NCBI RefSeq assembly: GCF_006345805.1
Contig: NC_043005.1
Span: 73,656,001 to 73,720,000, forward strand
DNA: 64,000 nucleotides
DNA from: Octopus sinensis
Lineage: Eukaryota
Reading direction: 5' to 3'
Position 1 is the first letter of the stretch, and every line of letters begins with the position of its first letter. This document shows positions 63,667 to 64,000 of the stretch, piece after piece. Under the pieces are notes generated by a model, which did no database searches, was not told the DNA's origin, and was given only the letters and a program-made list of their open reading frames with translations. Made by a program: the position numbers and the translations under genes.

Positions 63667-64000
63667 GTTTGTTTGTTTGTTTGTTGAGCGAAGCTGTCTT
63701 CATCCTTGTGGGAGAAGTCCGAAACGTGGTCCTTTGCTATTCGTAAGACCCGCAGAAGAGAAAGCAGGTCAATCCCCGACACCGAGAGCCCCGCGGATCC
63801 AGGCTCAGCGGTTGCGTAGGAAGTCGGGAACAAGAAACAGAAAGAAAGAGTGAGAGAAAGTTGGAGTGAAAGAAAGTTGGAGTGAAAGAGTTCAAAAGGG
63901 GTCGCCACCACCCCCTGCAGGAGCCTCGTGGAGCTTTAGGTGTTTTCGCTCAATAAACGCACATAACGCCCGGCCTGGGAATCGAAACCGCGATCCTCCG
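63667..64000 (-). mobile_element. SINE: head A + 3' module D, (CAAA)n tail; 5' end runs off the window
   Basis: Head A body, then unique GC-rich module ending GAAG-ACAG-CTTC GCTC (AACA)n. Confidence 0.85.

Overview
AT-rich eukaryotic (animal) DNA, dense in microsatellites and retrotransposons. The SINE families and (TA)n/(CA)n/(AGAT)n load point to an octopus genome (inference). No host protein-coding gene, tRNA, rRNA or CRISPR array can be supported; nearly all ORF-track entries are microsatellite or antisense artefacts. Mobile content: one near-full-length, inactivated RTE/BovB-like LINE inserted in (TCTA)n; two 5'-truncated CR1-group LINEs; Penelope-like (PLE) fragments covering the N-terminus, part of RT and the GIY-YIG domain, plus short PLE-terminal pieces in (TA)n; two HERO/NeSL-type RLE LINE tails; a 297-bp non-autonomous Helitron; older LINE relics; and about 35 tRNA-derived SINE copies. 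Best leads: (1) a foldable type-I hammerhead ribozyme with a CCGAAGA core in an inverted PLE terminus, and related hammerhead-like motifs in three short elements; (2) an HDV-like ribozyme candidate at the RTE 5' end; (3) a modular SINE system in which two tRNA-derived heads are joined to four 3' modules, with 3' stem-loops matching the CR1 and RTE LINEs in the same window; (4) three independent SINE multimers with the same 184-bp period and junction; (5) several template-switch scars.
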